IMG/VR virus record: IMGVR_UViG_3300010355_000162
From: an uncultured virus (IMG/VR IMGVR_UViG_3300010355_000162)
Taxonomy: Duplodnaviria; Heunggongvirae; Uroviricota; Caudoviricetes
DNA: 64,000 bases
Direction: 5' to 3' (one strand)
Shown here: positions 37,801-47,683 of the stretch, in pieces
Layout: the number at the start of each line of letters is the position of its first letter
Position numbering within the stretch: the stretch's first letter is position 1
Notes under the pieces: model-generated
Seen by the model: the letters and a program-made list of their open reading frames with translations, nothing else
Database searches by the model: none
Told to the model about the DNA's origin: nothing
Program-made: the position numbers and the translations under genes

Positions 37801-40800
37801 GAGGTTCGTCAGGCCGTACGCCGACTTGTCACCGATGCGTCGCTGCACCTGTGCGTAGATACGTTCGAGTTCCTTCACCGCTGCGTTCTGTGCTGGGGTA
37901 CGTTTGCTCGATGGCGTACGGATAATCTCGATCGTCGCCGCGTGTGCTATCTCGTGGAGCACGACGTGTTCTGTCAAACCGAGTTCAGGATCAACCGTGA
38001 CTGTCTTTGTCTCGGGGTCGTATTTACCGACCGCCTGGAACCCAGCGGACTTCGCGTTCGTTACTTTACCCATCTCGATGTTCACGGCTTGAAGGCCGAG
38101 CGATCGGAAGTGAGCAGCCACGGCACGGGACAATGGCGTCGCACCCTTAGTCGCGATGTTCGTCAACACAGACTGGATCGCGTTGGCGTCGATAGCAGCC
38201 TTCGCCGCATCGGTCAGGTTGTTCGACGTAAAGTCGGGCGGTACCTGCGGGTTGCCGGTGATGTCGGTCGCGGCCTGTGCGAGCTTCAAAAACGCGATGT
38301 CACGCTCGTTCAGAGCTGCGATTGCGTCGAGTTCTGGTTGCGACAACTGTGACCCAGCCTGCCGGAGTCCGCCATCGAGTTCCTTCATCGCTGCGTTGTG
38401 CGCGTCCTTCACCGCGTTCGGTACGCGAGCCTTGCCGTCCTCTGCAATCTCAGCTGCAGTGAGTGCAGCTTGGAACACTTCGAGTCGCGCTGTCGCTTCT
38501 GGTGAAGGTAGCGCTTCGGTAACGAACGTAGCGTCGGCCACGCGCTTCTGTAAGCTCGCGACGTTGAACCCCGTGGTACCTTCGGTGATCGGCTGTGAGT
38601 ACGCCAACGGGAAGAGCACGTACTTCTGCGGCGCGAATGGACGCTGGGTTGGCGGCACGTAACCGGCCTCGCCGCGTTGAGCGATGTTGCCGTCTGCGTC
38701 GCGTAGGTGAGGGCCATAATTGACCCATGAGTTCTGGCCGCGAGTCTCCGTTGTCAGAGCGCGACGGGCGTCCGGGTCGGCTATGGTCGACATATGGACG
38801 GCCCATGCCTTCTCCTCGCCGAGCGGTCCGAACTGGTTGTTGTAGACACCGTGCGCGAGCCAGTCGTGCACCACACGGAACACGTCGTTCGCCAACATGG
38901 CATGCGTCTTACCGTCGCTACTCCGTACCGTGTACGGCGTCTTCGACAGCAGTGGATGATTCACCGCGCCGCCGTCCGAGCCGAAGCCCGCATCGGTGCG
39001 CAGGAAGTACAGGTGGTTGTTCTTCGTGAGGTCTTCGTGCATCGCAGTCGATGACGGATAAGGCTCAGACTCACCGGCCCATGCCTCGACCTTCAGACCA
39101 CCTGCGATCGCTGCATCGTACTGACGCAGTGTCTCTTTAACCAACGCCTCGTACCCACGCTGGGTAGCTGGGTCATCGCTGGCGTCGGCAGGTAGCGACT
39201 CGTACACGTCGGCAATCGCCTTGTGCTCGCGGACGAACTCGGGCGTGCTCTTCGGTACGAACGAATCCAGCGCCGGTTTAACCTTCGCTGGGATCAACGC
39301 AGCAGCTGCGTCTATGCTTGACCGAGGAACTGGGTTACCAGTAACGCGGGGTGCCTTCTCTTGTAACCCCAAGTCAGTGCGAGTGAGCCCTACCGCATCC
39401 ATCAGCGGACGTAGAACCTCGATAGGGTATTCACCGAGAAGAACTGCTGCGATTGCGTCAGCTATTACCTCGTCCGGCTTAGTTGCGTGGCGGCGGACCT
39501 TCGGGTCTGCGTGCCGGTGTACGTCAGGGCGGTAGTCTTTTGATATTGCGACCAAGCTATCATAGTTTGCGATCTGCCGGTTCAGTTCAACTTTAGGGAA
39601 CCCCGAGAACGATACTCCGCGTTTCTGCATAATCGCGTGGCCGAGTTCATGTGCAAACACGTGGTTACTCGTGCTCGCACCAGCGACTTCTGTATCTATA
39701 GCTGGAATCGCAACTGACCCCCGATCTGCATGGAAACCGCTACCTGTTTCCTGAACGCTGATCTCTAGATTGTTAGCTATATCAACTAAGCGGCGTCGAG
39801 CAGTTTCTACGCTTGACCGAGGACTTTCGGATCGACTTGCACTAGGAACTGGGTTACCAGCAACGCGTGCAGCATCTCCTGCCTTGACGCTAGCGACATC
39901 TGCATTCGCGGCAGCAGCTCGAACAGGGCTTGCTGCTGGTGCACTGGCAGGCTTAACAGGTTTCGCTGCATCGGTGTTACGTTTAGGCTCACTTGACGGT
40001 TGCTCCACCTTTGCGGAGCTTGGCGGTGAGGGCAGCTTTACGTCGACTGTCGGGTCGAGGTTTTTTAGTTCCGCCGCCAGCGTCGCGAGCTGGGGTTCAC
40101 TTACCGCTTTTGGGGATGGGGCTTGCGCACCCCCAGGGGCGCGGGTAGTCTGCATCTCTGCCTTGAACGCATCAACCATTGCACGCACTTCAGCGCGAGC
40201 GGACGCCGGGACTTTCGCCGCAGCCTTCTCCACTTCGATGAGCCCTTGCTCGGAGCGAGCGATGCCGGTCGGCGCAACCATGTCGCGCAAGAACTGCAAC
40301 GCTGGTTCCGCTTTGAGTTTGGCTTCCGCTGCAACCACGGCACGACGAGCCGCGAGCACATCGCTACGGCCTTGCTGCGCACGTGGGATGGAGTTCAGGG
40401 CGTCGTTCGCGGCCTTGATGCCAACCGCGTCGATTAAGTTCTCTGGCTTCAGCGCGTCGGACGCGAGCGCTTCCTGCACCTTGTTCGGGGTAGCAGGCGC
40501 GGCTGGCTCCTGCGCGACAGGCGGTGTTTGCGGTGCGGCCTGTGCAGGTTGGGCTACCTTCGCTGCACCGATCAACGACGTATGAACGTCTTGACGTGCG
40601 ACATCGAGAGTCTTCATCGCCGACACGAACTCGACGGGGTCCATCTGGCCGCGTAGCGCTACCAGCTGTTTGACCTGCGCACCGATAGCATTGATCTGGT
40701 CGACGCCCACCTGCACGTCCTTACCGGCTTCGAGTGCTTTCGCGAAGGACGCCTCATCGGCGTTGATCGCTTTCGTGAGCTTGGCCTGTTCAGACGCCGC

Positions 40801-42612
40801 CTTCGTGATCGACTTCTCGTCCCACTTGACTGGCTTTAAGAGCTGCGCTTCCGCAGCCTGAATGACTCCCTGCGCCGCCTCTGCTGGGTCGACGGTACCA
40901 CTGGCTTGCGCGGCGGCTTGCGCCTTAGCGATTGCATCTTGCACCTCGGGGATCGCGGCGATCGCCGCTGCACGTTGGTCGGCGGGTACGTTAGCTACTG
41001 ATTGACGAATCTGTGCGACCGCGACTGCGTCGGTAGGAAGCCCGGATGCAGCGGTCTGAATAATCTTGTCTCGCGTGTCGACAACGGCCTGCGCCGCAGC
41101 AGCGGCTTGCTGTTGTTGAGCCAGCGCTTCGGCCTCGATTTGTTGCTGCTGCACGGCCTGAGCCTGCGCCTGTGCTGCATCCATCTCTGCTGCGGCGGAG
41201 TCGGCAGCACGTTGCTGCGTCACTGCGGCACCTTGCTGAGCGATACTACCCGCGGCGCTACCTGCACCACCCATCGCACCGCCAAGAACCGCAGCGGCGG
41301 TATTAAACCCCGGCTTGAAGTCTCGACCTTGCGCTGCATCGGCACCGATACGTGCGGCCTCAGCGACCAGACCTTCTTCGACGCTCTGCGCACCGACTTC
41401 CTTGGCAGCGGCGCGAACACCGGAACCGATGGTACCCTTCGCCACACTCTTACCGGCAGCAGCGCCGCCAGTCAGCAGGCTCGTGATCGCGCCCGGAGCC
41501 TTCTCAAGACCCGGAGCTAGGATCGTACCCGCAGCGGTGATCGACGCGGCGTACTGTGCCGCTGAACGTGCGGCGGTATCCAGCTGTTCGGGTGTCGCTT
41601 GACCGTTGGTACGTGTTTGGAGTTCTGCAACTGCATCACGTGCTGCGCTACCGGCTTCGGACGAACCGAACACCGCAGCGACCGGCACGTTCTCAATAAG
41701 CCCAGCAGCGGCCTTCGCGAGCCCGCCTTGCGCACGTAGCTTTTCGAGCGCTGACCCAAACTTCACCAGTGTCTCGACACTCTTCGCCGTCTTGACGATA
41801 CCGCCCGCGACACCGGCAGGGCCGATGATGCCGCCGAGGAGTCCAGCGCTGGTGTAGGCCGGAGCATCCGCGAACGCGGAGATCATCCCTGCGATGTCGT
41901 CTTTGTTTAGTGCGTCGCCGAAACGCTTATGCGCCGCCGCTTGCTCCTTCGTAGCTGTGGCCGACGCGATCTTTTCACCGATAGCATTGACGGTGTCACC
42001 GACCTGCACCGCGAGGTTCGATCGTGTTGCACCGAGGAGCGTTGCTGCACCGGAGAGCGTATCGCCCAGTGACGATACAACGCTACCTACCAGCGCACCG
42101 GCTTGACCGCCGAGGTTGCGGAATATGCCGGGTTCCTGCTGGCGGGCGGTACGCAGTTGTTGCTCAAGCGTACCCATCTTGTCAGCCAGTAGTAACGACG
42201 CGTACGCGTAGTCTTTGTTCCCGGCAAGGGACTGCTGCAAGCTCTGCAATTGTTGCTTGCGCAGTTGTGCGGATTCAACCGCCGTGAGGTTACGACCGAG
42301 CACCTTAGCTTGGTCGAGTTCCTTCTGCGCGAGCCACCCGTCACTGTTCGTAACCTTGTCGATTGCCCATGCGTGCTCGGCCCGCTTCTGCTGGCTGTCC
42401 GCGAGGTCAGTAGCTTTCTTGGCGAAGTCGAGTTGCTTGACTTGCTGTGCGAGTACGTCGTCAGCTGCGACGCGTTGCTCGCGGGCTAACGACACTGCCT
42501 GGGCAATGGCGTTACCTGACCCAGCATCTAACGGCGCGACAAGACTGAACGGTGCAGTGGGGGTTGGCGACGCGAAGGGGTTAAGTAGTAACTGGTCAAC
42601 CGGATTGGGCAT
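34837..42612 (-). CDS. Giant internal virion (ejection) / polyvalent protein
   Basis: 2591 aa from ATG 42612; Ala-rich; two HExxH motifs; FRVVHD...ETRGQNSW domain; no Cys seen. Confidence 0.85.
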   Translation of the reverse strand: MPNPVDQLLLNPFASPTPTAPFSLVAPLDAGSGNAIAQAVSLAREQRVAADDVLAQQVKQLDFAKKATDLADSQQKRAEHAWAIDKVTNSDGWLAQKELDQAKVLGRNLTAVESAQLRKQQLQSLQQSLAGNKDYAYASLLLADKMGTLEQQLRTARQQEPGIFRNLGGQAGALVGSVVSSLGDTLSGAATLLGATRSNLAVQVGDTVNAIGEKIASATATKEQAAAHKRFGDALNKDDIAGMISAFADAPAYTSAGLLGGIIGPAGVAGGIVKTAKSVETLVKFGSALEKLRAQGGLAKAAAGLIENVPVAAVFGSSEAGSAARDAVAELQTRTNGQATPEQLDTAARSAAQYAASITAAGTILAPGLEKAPGAITSLLTGGAAAGKSVAKGTIGSGVRAAAKEVGAQSVEEGLVAEAARIGADAAQGRDFKPGFNTAAAVLGGAMGGAGSAAGSIAQQGAAVTQQRAADSAAAEMDAAQAQAQAVQQQQIEAEALAQQQQAAAAAQAVVDTRDKIIQTAASGLPTDAVAVAQIRQSVANVPADQRAAAIAAIPEVQDAIAKAQAAAQASGTVDPAEAAQGVIQAAEAQLLKPVKWDEKSITKAASEQAKLTKAINADEASFAKALEAGKDVQVGVDQINAIGAQVKQLVALRGQMDPVEFVSAMKTLDVARQDVHTSLIGAAKVAQPAQAAPQTPPVAQEPAAPATPNKVQEALASDALKPENLIDAVGIKAANDALNSIPRAQQGRSDVLAARRAVVAAEAKLKAEPALQFLRDMVAPTGIARSEQGLIEVEKAAAKVPASARAEVRAMVDAFKAEMQTTRAPGGAQAPSPKAVSEPQLATLAAELKNLDPTVDVKLPSPPSSAKVEQPSSEPKRNTDAAKPVKPASAPAASPVRAAAANADVASVKAGDAARVAGNPVPSASRSESPRSSVETARRRLVDIANNLEISVQETGSGFHADRGSVAIPAIDTEVAGASTSNHVFAHELGHAIMQKRGVSFSGFPKVELNRQIANYDSLVAISKDYRPDVHRHADPKVRRHATKPDEVIADAIAAVLLGEYPIEVLRPLMDAVGLTRTDLGLQEKAPRVTGNPVPRSSIDAAAALIPAKVKPALDSFVPKSTPEFVREHKAIADVYESLPADASDDPATQRGYEALVKETLRQYDAAIAGGLKVEAWAGESEPYPSSTAMHEDLTKNNHLYFLRTDAGFGSDGGAVNHPLLSKTPYTVRSSDGKTHAMLANDVFRVVHDWLAHGVYNNQFGPLGEEKAWAVHMSTIADPDARRALTTETRGQNSWVNYGPHLRDADGNIAQRGEAGYVPPTQRPFAPQKYVLFPLAYSQPITEGTTGFNVASLQKRVADATFVTEALPSPEATARLEVFQAALTAAEIAEDGKARVPNAVKDAHNAAMKELDGGLRQAGSQLSQPELDAIAALNERDIAFLKLAQAATDITGNPQVPPDFTSNNLTDAAKAAIDANAIQSVLTNIATKGATPLSRAVAAHFRSLGLQAVNIEMGKVTNAKSAGFQAVGKYDPETKTVTVDPELGLTEHVVLHEIAHAATIEIIRTPSSKRTPAQNAAVKELERIYAQVQRRIGDKSAYGLTNLEEFVAEAHANPSFQQELYAMKDDGVSLIRQVFNAFMRLTGLDKLINLVGNDNLLGRTLFAADAILMAPEGMKGPAANYELRTKDGVLAATQSVKDAGKSNLNGALDWAASITLNVMALRDIANLVDKQFRSGGVNLIDKIIEIGAMRAAAVNTQLKKIDDTLVPQTRAADAKVMNEVMAGATQLQFNPDRQRKGHRAPTTADETRVQILWDNATDRDKKLFRATQAQFADQLKRRADAVEQQLLAAGVDAKSAKQIGDEARFAKLEVYFAQQRDGQYTNHVTDEAGATIHFSRHQSRAEADNVRAALVKAYPDDVVAGVGIFNPRMKPKFDVATEQFIVKVAEKMSRQGASEDVIQATIDTMRSEIAAASVNKFNQNQQTRKFVLGADPDLLTANLRAMRQAENNIASITFQPKTDQAIVTARSHIEALRRDGSPVYTVRADQALNTVVKALSYSQEDSTMNRVANNLNALGFVHTMFGNISSAAVNTIGATAMQTAEITARYGISHIGKLAPAYTQVVQAMAAKKTAKDLTGDIKTVFDYAEKMGTFVPAEAREIADITNDANPRLARALRFGGWLMEKTDTAANMGMLLASYRAGMESPKVKEMARARGMTQSDLALQLASEARYRTNPDSSSSNKSFYSRMPVGRVVLQLKGYGIAVATGLYTDLRNAVDSARTPEERKYAATRLVGVVGMHALIAGAAGLPYMVTAPFMLLAGIAAQGVGDEEERDKPVKERIRNAIYETYGEGVGNHLYYGVLGAGVSSRVSLSGLVLRDPFGKEYNSPQDYAIQLLGPTLGAAESYYKAATNFAKNYQVNGVGESLWQATQAGMPAAVGNIIKAVNQAENEGRPTQRDGTPILGEDRLTSVDMMMQALGFRPAALAEAQNKVSAVKALQSEFVSERRLILEGYRHIYHAENLGKDREPQLADAEAARQRFNALYPEKAIKDTDLANARKKLDAKASESLIFLPDADRKVIERRFTFLGTSN
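39311..39867 (-). repeat. Direct repeats flanking an in-frame HExxH cassette
   Basis: AGGAACTGGGTTACCAG(T/C)AACGCG at 39325 and 39844; TCTA(T/C)GCTTGACCGAGGA at 39311 and 39806. Confidence 0.85.
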
Positions 42613-43360
42613 AGGAACTCGCTGGGATATGGGTCTGGTCCCACATGATAGACGCGGCGTCACGCATGATCTTCATTGGAGTGGGTCCGAATACGTCGCC
42701 GCTGAACGATACATCAGTCGGGACTGGTGACGCCTGCTGCGGTGCAACCTGCGCGAAGAAGTCCGGGGTCGGTGCAGTTGGTGCTGGACCTGCGGCCATG
42801 AGTTCGCGTTCGAGGATCGACATCAAGTACGGGTCGCTCGTCGGCGTTGGTTGTGGTCCGGCCATCATGGCATCCGGCACGCGCGAGCGCTCGCCCGCCA
42901 ACATCGCGGTGAACTGCTGATCCGAGCGCTTCGGTTGCGCGTAGTTGCTTGACGGCAGCGAGGCCCAAATCTTCCCGAGCTTCGGTGTTGCCTTCTCGAA
43001 CTCACCGTTCTTCACCGCATCCAGCACGCCCGCATTGCGGATCAGCGCGAGCGCTGCGCGGTCTTGGTTCTGAGGCGAGAAATCGTTGAGCCCGAGCTGT
43101 TTGGCTAGGCCGTTCCACGTGCGTTCGCGGAACTGGTACTTGCCTGCCGCCGACGTGGAGTTCTTCACACCGTCAGTCTGGCGGAACGCGAAGTATTGCC
43201 GTGGGTGATCCGCCATCGACGCCATCGGCTTATTGCCGAACATCATGTCGTAGCCGCCGTTAGGTCCAGACGTGTTCACGCCCTCTGCCGCAGCGATCGC
43301 GTCGAGGTACGCCCGTACGTTCGGGTTCTGTAGGTCTTGCAGGTCAGATTCGAGAGACAT
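42596..43360 (-). CDS. Virion-associated lambda-R-like muramidase/transglycosylase (ejection protein)
   Basis: A.LD.IA.AEG, GYD, HPR, SAAGKYQF..TW, DFSP.NQD, WASLP. Confidence 0.9.
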   Translation of the reverse strand: MSLESDLQDLQNPNVRAYLDAIAAAEGVNTSGPNGGYDMMFGNKPMASMADHPRQYFAFRQTDGVKNSTSAAGKYQFRERTWNGLAKQLGLNDFSPQNQDRAALALIRNAGVLDAVKNGEFEKATPKLGKIWASLPSSNYAQPKRSDQQFTAMLAGERSRVPDAMMAGPQPTPTSDPYLMSILERELMAAGPAPTAPTPDFFAQVAPQQASPVPTDVSFSGDVFGPTPMKIMRDAASIMWDQTHIPASSYAQSG

Positions 43361-43365
43361 GTCGG

Positions 43366-44736
43366 TTACCTGTTCCCTTGACCACGGGAGGGGTCGTACC
43401 AGAGTTGACGCCTAGGCTCCGCGGGCGGTGCACCGGGCTTTAATGTCGGGTACGTTGCCGCATTAAACTTCAGCATTTCCTCGAATTTGGCGGGGGTCAT
43501 CCCGAAAGACCTTACTAGCTCCGGGTCGCGCTGGGCGATGTCGACCAACTGTAACATTGTCGGGCCGTCTAACTTCACGTGTCCAATGTCACTAGATTGA
43601 AGTCCCATAGCCCGTAGTGCCCGAGTATCTAGTATTTTTCGGTGCTTTCGCGCCGCCGACGCTTTCGCCTGCTGCGCTGCTTCAAATTCGCTCACCGCTG
43701 CACTACGTCGCGCAATAGCTTCGACCGGGTTAAGTCCGTTCGCGGTGAGCCACGCTATCTCTGCGTCCATACCCGCTAGGTTTGGACCCCCTACCGTAGT
43801 GCTGGTTTGAGCTGTGTCGCTGGGTGTGCTGGTTTGAGCTGTGTCGCTGGGTGTGCTAGGGGTCGCCGCGGAGGTCACCATCCCGGTAGGTTGCACGGTA
43901 CCTCGGTTAAACCTAGTCAGCATATCTGCGTTAGACTGGCTGATCATCGGCGTCATACCTGCCGCATCTTTAATGTCCGGTGTGTTCGGCTCTGCAATAG
44001 ACGCGGTCATACCTACTGCGGGGGCTGCATTATCAGGAGAGGGGAACCTCCGGGTACCGACTACCATGCTAGGCGCAGCAGCTCCACCGTACCCAGCAGT
44101 CCCGGTTGGACGCAGCGCGGATTGCGCGGCTGCGATACTTGCCATTACTTGGTCTGACTTCACTTTCTGTTGGTTCATGGCGATGTTAAACATCGTAGGC
44201 TGGACCACCGTCTGCTTACCCGCTGTGTCCGTGTGGACGATAAGCCCGCTCGGGGCGCGCCACAGAGTGCTCGGGTCAACGCCCATATGAGATGCGATAC
44301 CGTCTAGGTTTCCGGCAAGATAGTCCTTAGAGAACGCCGCCTGTTTCACACCCGCTTGTGCGTTCAGGAGGTCTATCTGTTTGTTTGCGTTGTTGAACCC
44401 GAAACCATCGGTAAGTAGCTTTGCATACCCCTGTGGGTCATTTGCGTATGCTGATAGCGTGTCCGCCTGAACCCCCGTTAAAGCCTTCATCGCTGGGTGC
44501 AGTGTACGAGCGAGCTCGTCAGTGCGAGATAACCCCGCCAGCGCGTACGGGAACTGTTGCCCTCTCTGGTCGATCGTCTGCTGGTTGAACGCGCGAGTAA
44601 CCGCGTCGTTCATCAACGTGTTGTTCGTCTTGTTCGCATCCATCGCATCAGCGAAGACATTGCGACCGGCCTGCTCTTCGCGCTTGAACGCTACGTCGTA
44701 TGCAGCCAGACCATCGAGGAATACGTTGCGTGCCAT
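43366..44736 (-). CDS. Internal virion/ejection protein
   Basis: 456 aa, Ala/Gln-rich, no Cys, position in ejection cluster. Confidence 0.7.
   Translation of the reverse strand: MARNVFLDGLAAYDVAFKREEQAGRNVFADAMDANKTNNTLMNDAVTRAFNQQTIDQRGQQFPYALAGLSRTDELARTLHPAMKALTGVQADTLSAYANDPQGYAKLLTDGFGFNNANKQIDLLNAQAGVKQAAFSKDYLAGNLDGIASHMGVDPSTLWRAPSGLIVHTDTAGKQTVVQPTMFNIAMNQQKVKSDQVMASIAAAQSALRPTGTAGYGGAAAPSMVVGTRRFPSPDNAAPAVGMTASIAEPNTPDIKDAAGMTPMISQSNADMLTRFNRGTVQPTGMVTSAATPSTPSDTAQTSTPSDTAQTSTTVGGPNLAGMDAEIAWLTANGLNPVEAIARRSAAVSEFEAAQQAKASAARKHRKILDTRALRAMGLQSSDIGHVKLDGPTMLQLVDIAQRDPELVRSFGMTPAKFEEMLKFNAATYPTLKPGAPPAEPRRQLWYDPSRGQGNR
43799..43857 (-). repeat. Perfect 27-bp tandem duplication (STPSDTAQT x2)
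   Basis: GTGCTGGTTTGAGCTGTGTCGCTGGGT x2. Confidence 0.95.
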
Positions 44737-44739
44737 GAT

Positions 44740-45726
44740 TTATCCTTTTGTGCTGGGGAGTAACCCAGCAATACCGCCGAGGTTCGCTGCTGTAGCGCTC
44801 GACATACTAAATGCGCTCACGTCGCCCATAACAGGACTACCGAAAGCATTACCCCCGCCACCGGCCATGACTGAGGAAGACGACACTGGTGCACCGAATA
44901 AGGACTCCCGGTTGCCCGCAGCTTGCCCCGCAGACCGGCCCATCTGGGCGATACCGAACGAACCCATCCCACTGAAGAAATCTGCGCTCGCGTCGAGAGC
45001 ATCCATCCCTAACCGTGCCGTCTGACCTGACTGACCGGCCAGCGCCGTCATGCCGTTGAGGGCGTTCTGTATCCCAGTGCCTGCACCAACCAGCAAGTTC
45101 GCGCCGGTCGAGATCGTGTTCTGCGCGATCTGCGCGGCGGATACATTGCGCTGCCAGTAGAACTGGGTCCACTGGAATTTCTTCTGCGCCTCGAACTGCT
45201 CTGCTACGCCGATCGCCTTAACCATCAGGCCAGCTTGCAGCGCCGCGAAGCGGAAGTCGTTATCACAGCACACGCCCACCTGACCTACACGAGTCGTACG
45301 GAGTCCGGTGCGCTTTGCCTTATTGACGATAGCCGCGGTTTGTACGGCTACACGGTTGTACACGCCGCCGTCCTCTCGGTACTCGCAGTAGGCCGTACCG
45401 CATGCGGCCACCTTCTCGACGATCGCCTTACCCCACGTGTTGCCGTAGCCCCACAGATAGGCCGATGCCTTCGTGAACTGCGGCTTCGTCATCGTGTTGT
45501 ACGAGTCGAGCATCAGCGTCTTCTGCTGGTCGATCATCTTCTGCTGCGACTGAGCGAGATCGCCCATCTGCGCGTACATCTGGTATTGCTTGTAGGCACC
45601 GACCAACGCCAGTAACGCGGACGACACAGACTGCCACGAGAACAGGTCTTGCGCCCGCCCTTTATTCCACTCGGTAACGGCGGCTTTGTCGAACGAATTA
45701 ACTGTCGTGGTTACGGTATCAGCCAT
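44740..45726 (-). CDS. Internal virion/ejection (pilot-like) protein
   Basis: 328 aa, Gly/Ala/Gln-rich, one hydrophobic segment. Confidence 0.65.
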   Translation of the reverse strand: MADTVTTTVNSFDKAAVTEWNKGRAQDLFSWQSVSSALLALVGAYKQYQMYAQMGDLAQSQQKMIDQQKTLMLDSYNTMTKPQFTKASAYLWGYGNTWGKAIVEKVAACGTAYCEYREDGGVYNRVAVQTAAIVNKAKRTGLRTTRVGQVGVCCDNDFRFAALQAGLMVKAIGVAEQFEAQKKFQWTQFYWQRNVSAAQIAQNTISTGANLLVGAGTGIQNALNGMTALAGQSGQTARLGMDALDASADFFSGMGSFGIAQMGRSAGQAAGNRESLFGAPVSSSSVMAGGGGNAFGSPVMGDVSAFSMSSATAANLGGIAGLLPSTKG

Positions 45727-46130
45727 TACAGCACCTGTAGATTCACGAGTTCAGCGCGGATCAAGGACGTGTCCTTGCCTTCGATCATCGCGCACGTGGT
45801 TGCAACATCGTGGAACGCACGACGCCCCATCACCACACGGACTTTATCGTCGTCGGTAGTTGCGGTCTGTGCCGCTGCGACAGCATCGCTCCATGACTTA
45901 ACGCCGAGTACCATCACAGTCCCGAGTCGGTTCTGGTTGGCGGCGTAGAACTCGTTGCCGACGAAGCCGGTCAACATATCGGAGAACGCCGTCGCGATAA
46001 CGGGCAGCTGCTCTCGTCCTTGGCCTACTTCATCGAACGATTTAACGACCTCGAAGTAGCGCATGCATAGATCGACGGCCCCTGCGGACAGGTGACGCGC
46101 GAGAATGGGTTTGGTTTGATCTTTCCACAT
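45726..46130 (-). CDS. Hypothetical protein (probably leaderless)
   Basis: 134 aa from ATG 46130 (MWKDQTKP...). Confidence 0.7.
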   Translation of the reverse strand: MWKDQTKPILARHLSAGAVDLCMRYFEVVKSFDEVGQGREQLPVIATAFSDMLTGFVGNEFYAANQNRLGTVMVLGVKSWSDAVAAAQTATTDDDKVRVVMGRRAFHDVATTCAMIEGKDTSLIRAELVNLQVL

Positions 46131-46136
46131 TCGCGT

Positions 46137-46166
46137 ATTGTCGCCTATCCGCGAGCTGTCGGTCAA
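46137..46166 (-). promoter_or_regulatory. Late-class promoter (18-nt spacer)
   Basis: TTGACC-GACAG(N13)-GACAAT, 6 nt before ATG. Confidence 0.6.
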
Positions 46167-47683
46167 TCCGCCTTCAAAAGCTCCCAGCGCGTAGCTGCTA
46201 CGTGGATTTCCTCGATGGCGATCTCGCGCCCGGTGGCTGGTAAGACCAAACTCACCCAGTAATCTTGACCCCGCTTCATGGGCAGGTTGAACGGGACGTT
46301 GCTGTCTGCATCCGTGAGCGTGACGCGGCGTAGCAGGCCGAGCTTGCGCTCGTGCAGCTCGAACACGATACCGGCAAGGTTGCGGCCTACGACCTTTGCT
46401 GCCGTAAGTTTCACGATACCTACCTCGACAAAGATGCGGCTGATCCACGTCGCTGCGAGATACCCGGTGCCGGAGTTCCATGCGCGCCCGTCGAGCACGG
46501 GGTACCCGCTGTGGCAGCAGGCCGTCTTGAACGGTGCGATCTCGACCATCTGGCCCAGCTCGTAGCTGCCTTCGTTGTTGTCCTTCACATCGAGCAAGAA
46601 GCCGCGATCCGCATTCGCCCCGTACGCGACGCCTTGGCACCACGTCAACACGGTCGGGGACCACTTCTCGCGCCACGTATCCTCGTTGATGAGGTTCCGC
46701 GTGAAGAGCTGCAACCCGTTCGGCACGGTCGGCGTCAACGCGACGAGCCCCATCGTGCTCGGGTAGATGACGCCGAAGTCTGTCGAAGCCGCTGGCCCGG
46801 TGGCTGGATGCGACTGCGAGTAGTACGTGATATTCGCGTCGACCAACCCCTCGTCGATCCCCTGCGTAATCATCGGCTTGCGTAGAAGCGCCGGAGTCTG
46901 GTTCGTCGTAACGAACACCACGTCGTAGTACGGCACAAGGTCGCGAATCGTGTGTTTGACGTACACCACCTGACGGCGCGGCCACGCATGCGCCAAGTGA
47001 CGCTCGCTGATCCACACCGTATTGTCGCTGTACGCGTAGTAGTAACCTTCGAGGTCTTTCGTGATGCACTTGATGCCGTTCGGCACACACCAGTCGTCGG
47101 TGTTGTACCCGTCATTACTCATGTCCCACGTCGTCAAGTCATAGACGAAGTTGGCCGGTCCGGTGAACTCGCCGACGAGCACTTCATTCCCGAACGGAAG
47201 CAAGAAGTCCTCTTCGGTTTGTTGACCGGTCAGGCTGTCCGTAACGTACGCGTAGAGCCGCATCGGATATGACCCGGCGTTCACGATGATCCGTGAGCCT
47301 TGCTGGACACGCACCGTGCTACTGACATTGGACTTCGCCGACTCTTCACCGTACTTATTCACCGTGCTGTAGCGGAACGCGATCGCGTCCTTACCTGCGG
47401 TGACGACGCGCACTGACGGGATGTCGGTAGGCCGCGACGGCACAACAACCGTGCCGTCTGCGTGCACGAGCTGGCCGTTCACGACCTTGATCTGGTCCTC
47501 GACTTCGCCGATACCGATCTCGACTTCACAGTCTGGCGCGCAAGCCGCTGCGGGGGACGCCGTGCGCATGGCGCGAAGCGTACCGTCCCACACACGGACG
47601 TTCTTCGCCGTCGTGCCGAACATGGTGTTGAGTTGCTTGGCGTCGAGCGCGGGTACGAGCCCGCCGAACCGGGTGATCCGCAT
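46163..47683 (-). CDS. Tail nozzle / stabilisation protein
   Basis: F.G..P......L......A.N.....G.L start; WISE....HAWP; IYPS..GLV. Confidence 0.75.
   Translation of the reverse strand: MRITRFGGLVPALDAKQLNTMFGTTAKNVRVWDGTLRAMRTASPAAACAPDCEVEIGIGEVEDQIKVVNGQLVHADGTVVVPSRPTDIPSVRVVTAGKDAIAFRYSTVNKYGEESAKSNVSSTVRVQQGSRIIVNAGSYPMRLYAYVTDSLTGQQTEEDFLLPFGNEVLVGEFTGPANFVYDLTTWDMSNDGYNTDDWCVPNGIKCITKDLEGYYYAYSDNTVWISERHLAHAWPRRQVVYVKHTIRDLVPYYDVVFVTTNQTPALLRKPMITQGIDEGLVDANITYYSQSHPATGPAASTDFGVIYPSTMGLVALTPTVPNGLQLFTRNLINEDTWREKWSPTVLTWCQGVAYGANADRGFLLDVKDNNEGSYELGQMVEIAPFKTACCHSGYPVLDGRAWNSGTGYLAATWISRIFVEVGIVKLTAAKVVGRNLAGIVFELHERKLGLLRRVTLTDADSNVPFNLPMKRGQDYWVSLVLPATGREIAIEEIHVAATRWELLKAD

Noticed and set aside
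45726..47090. 454-aa ORF overlapping the nozzle gene
   Set aside because: Upstream part is an Arg-rich shadow frame; the real gene probably starts at ATG 46130 after a promoter
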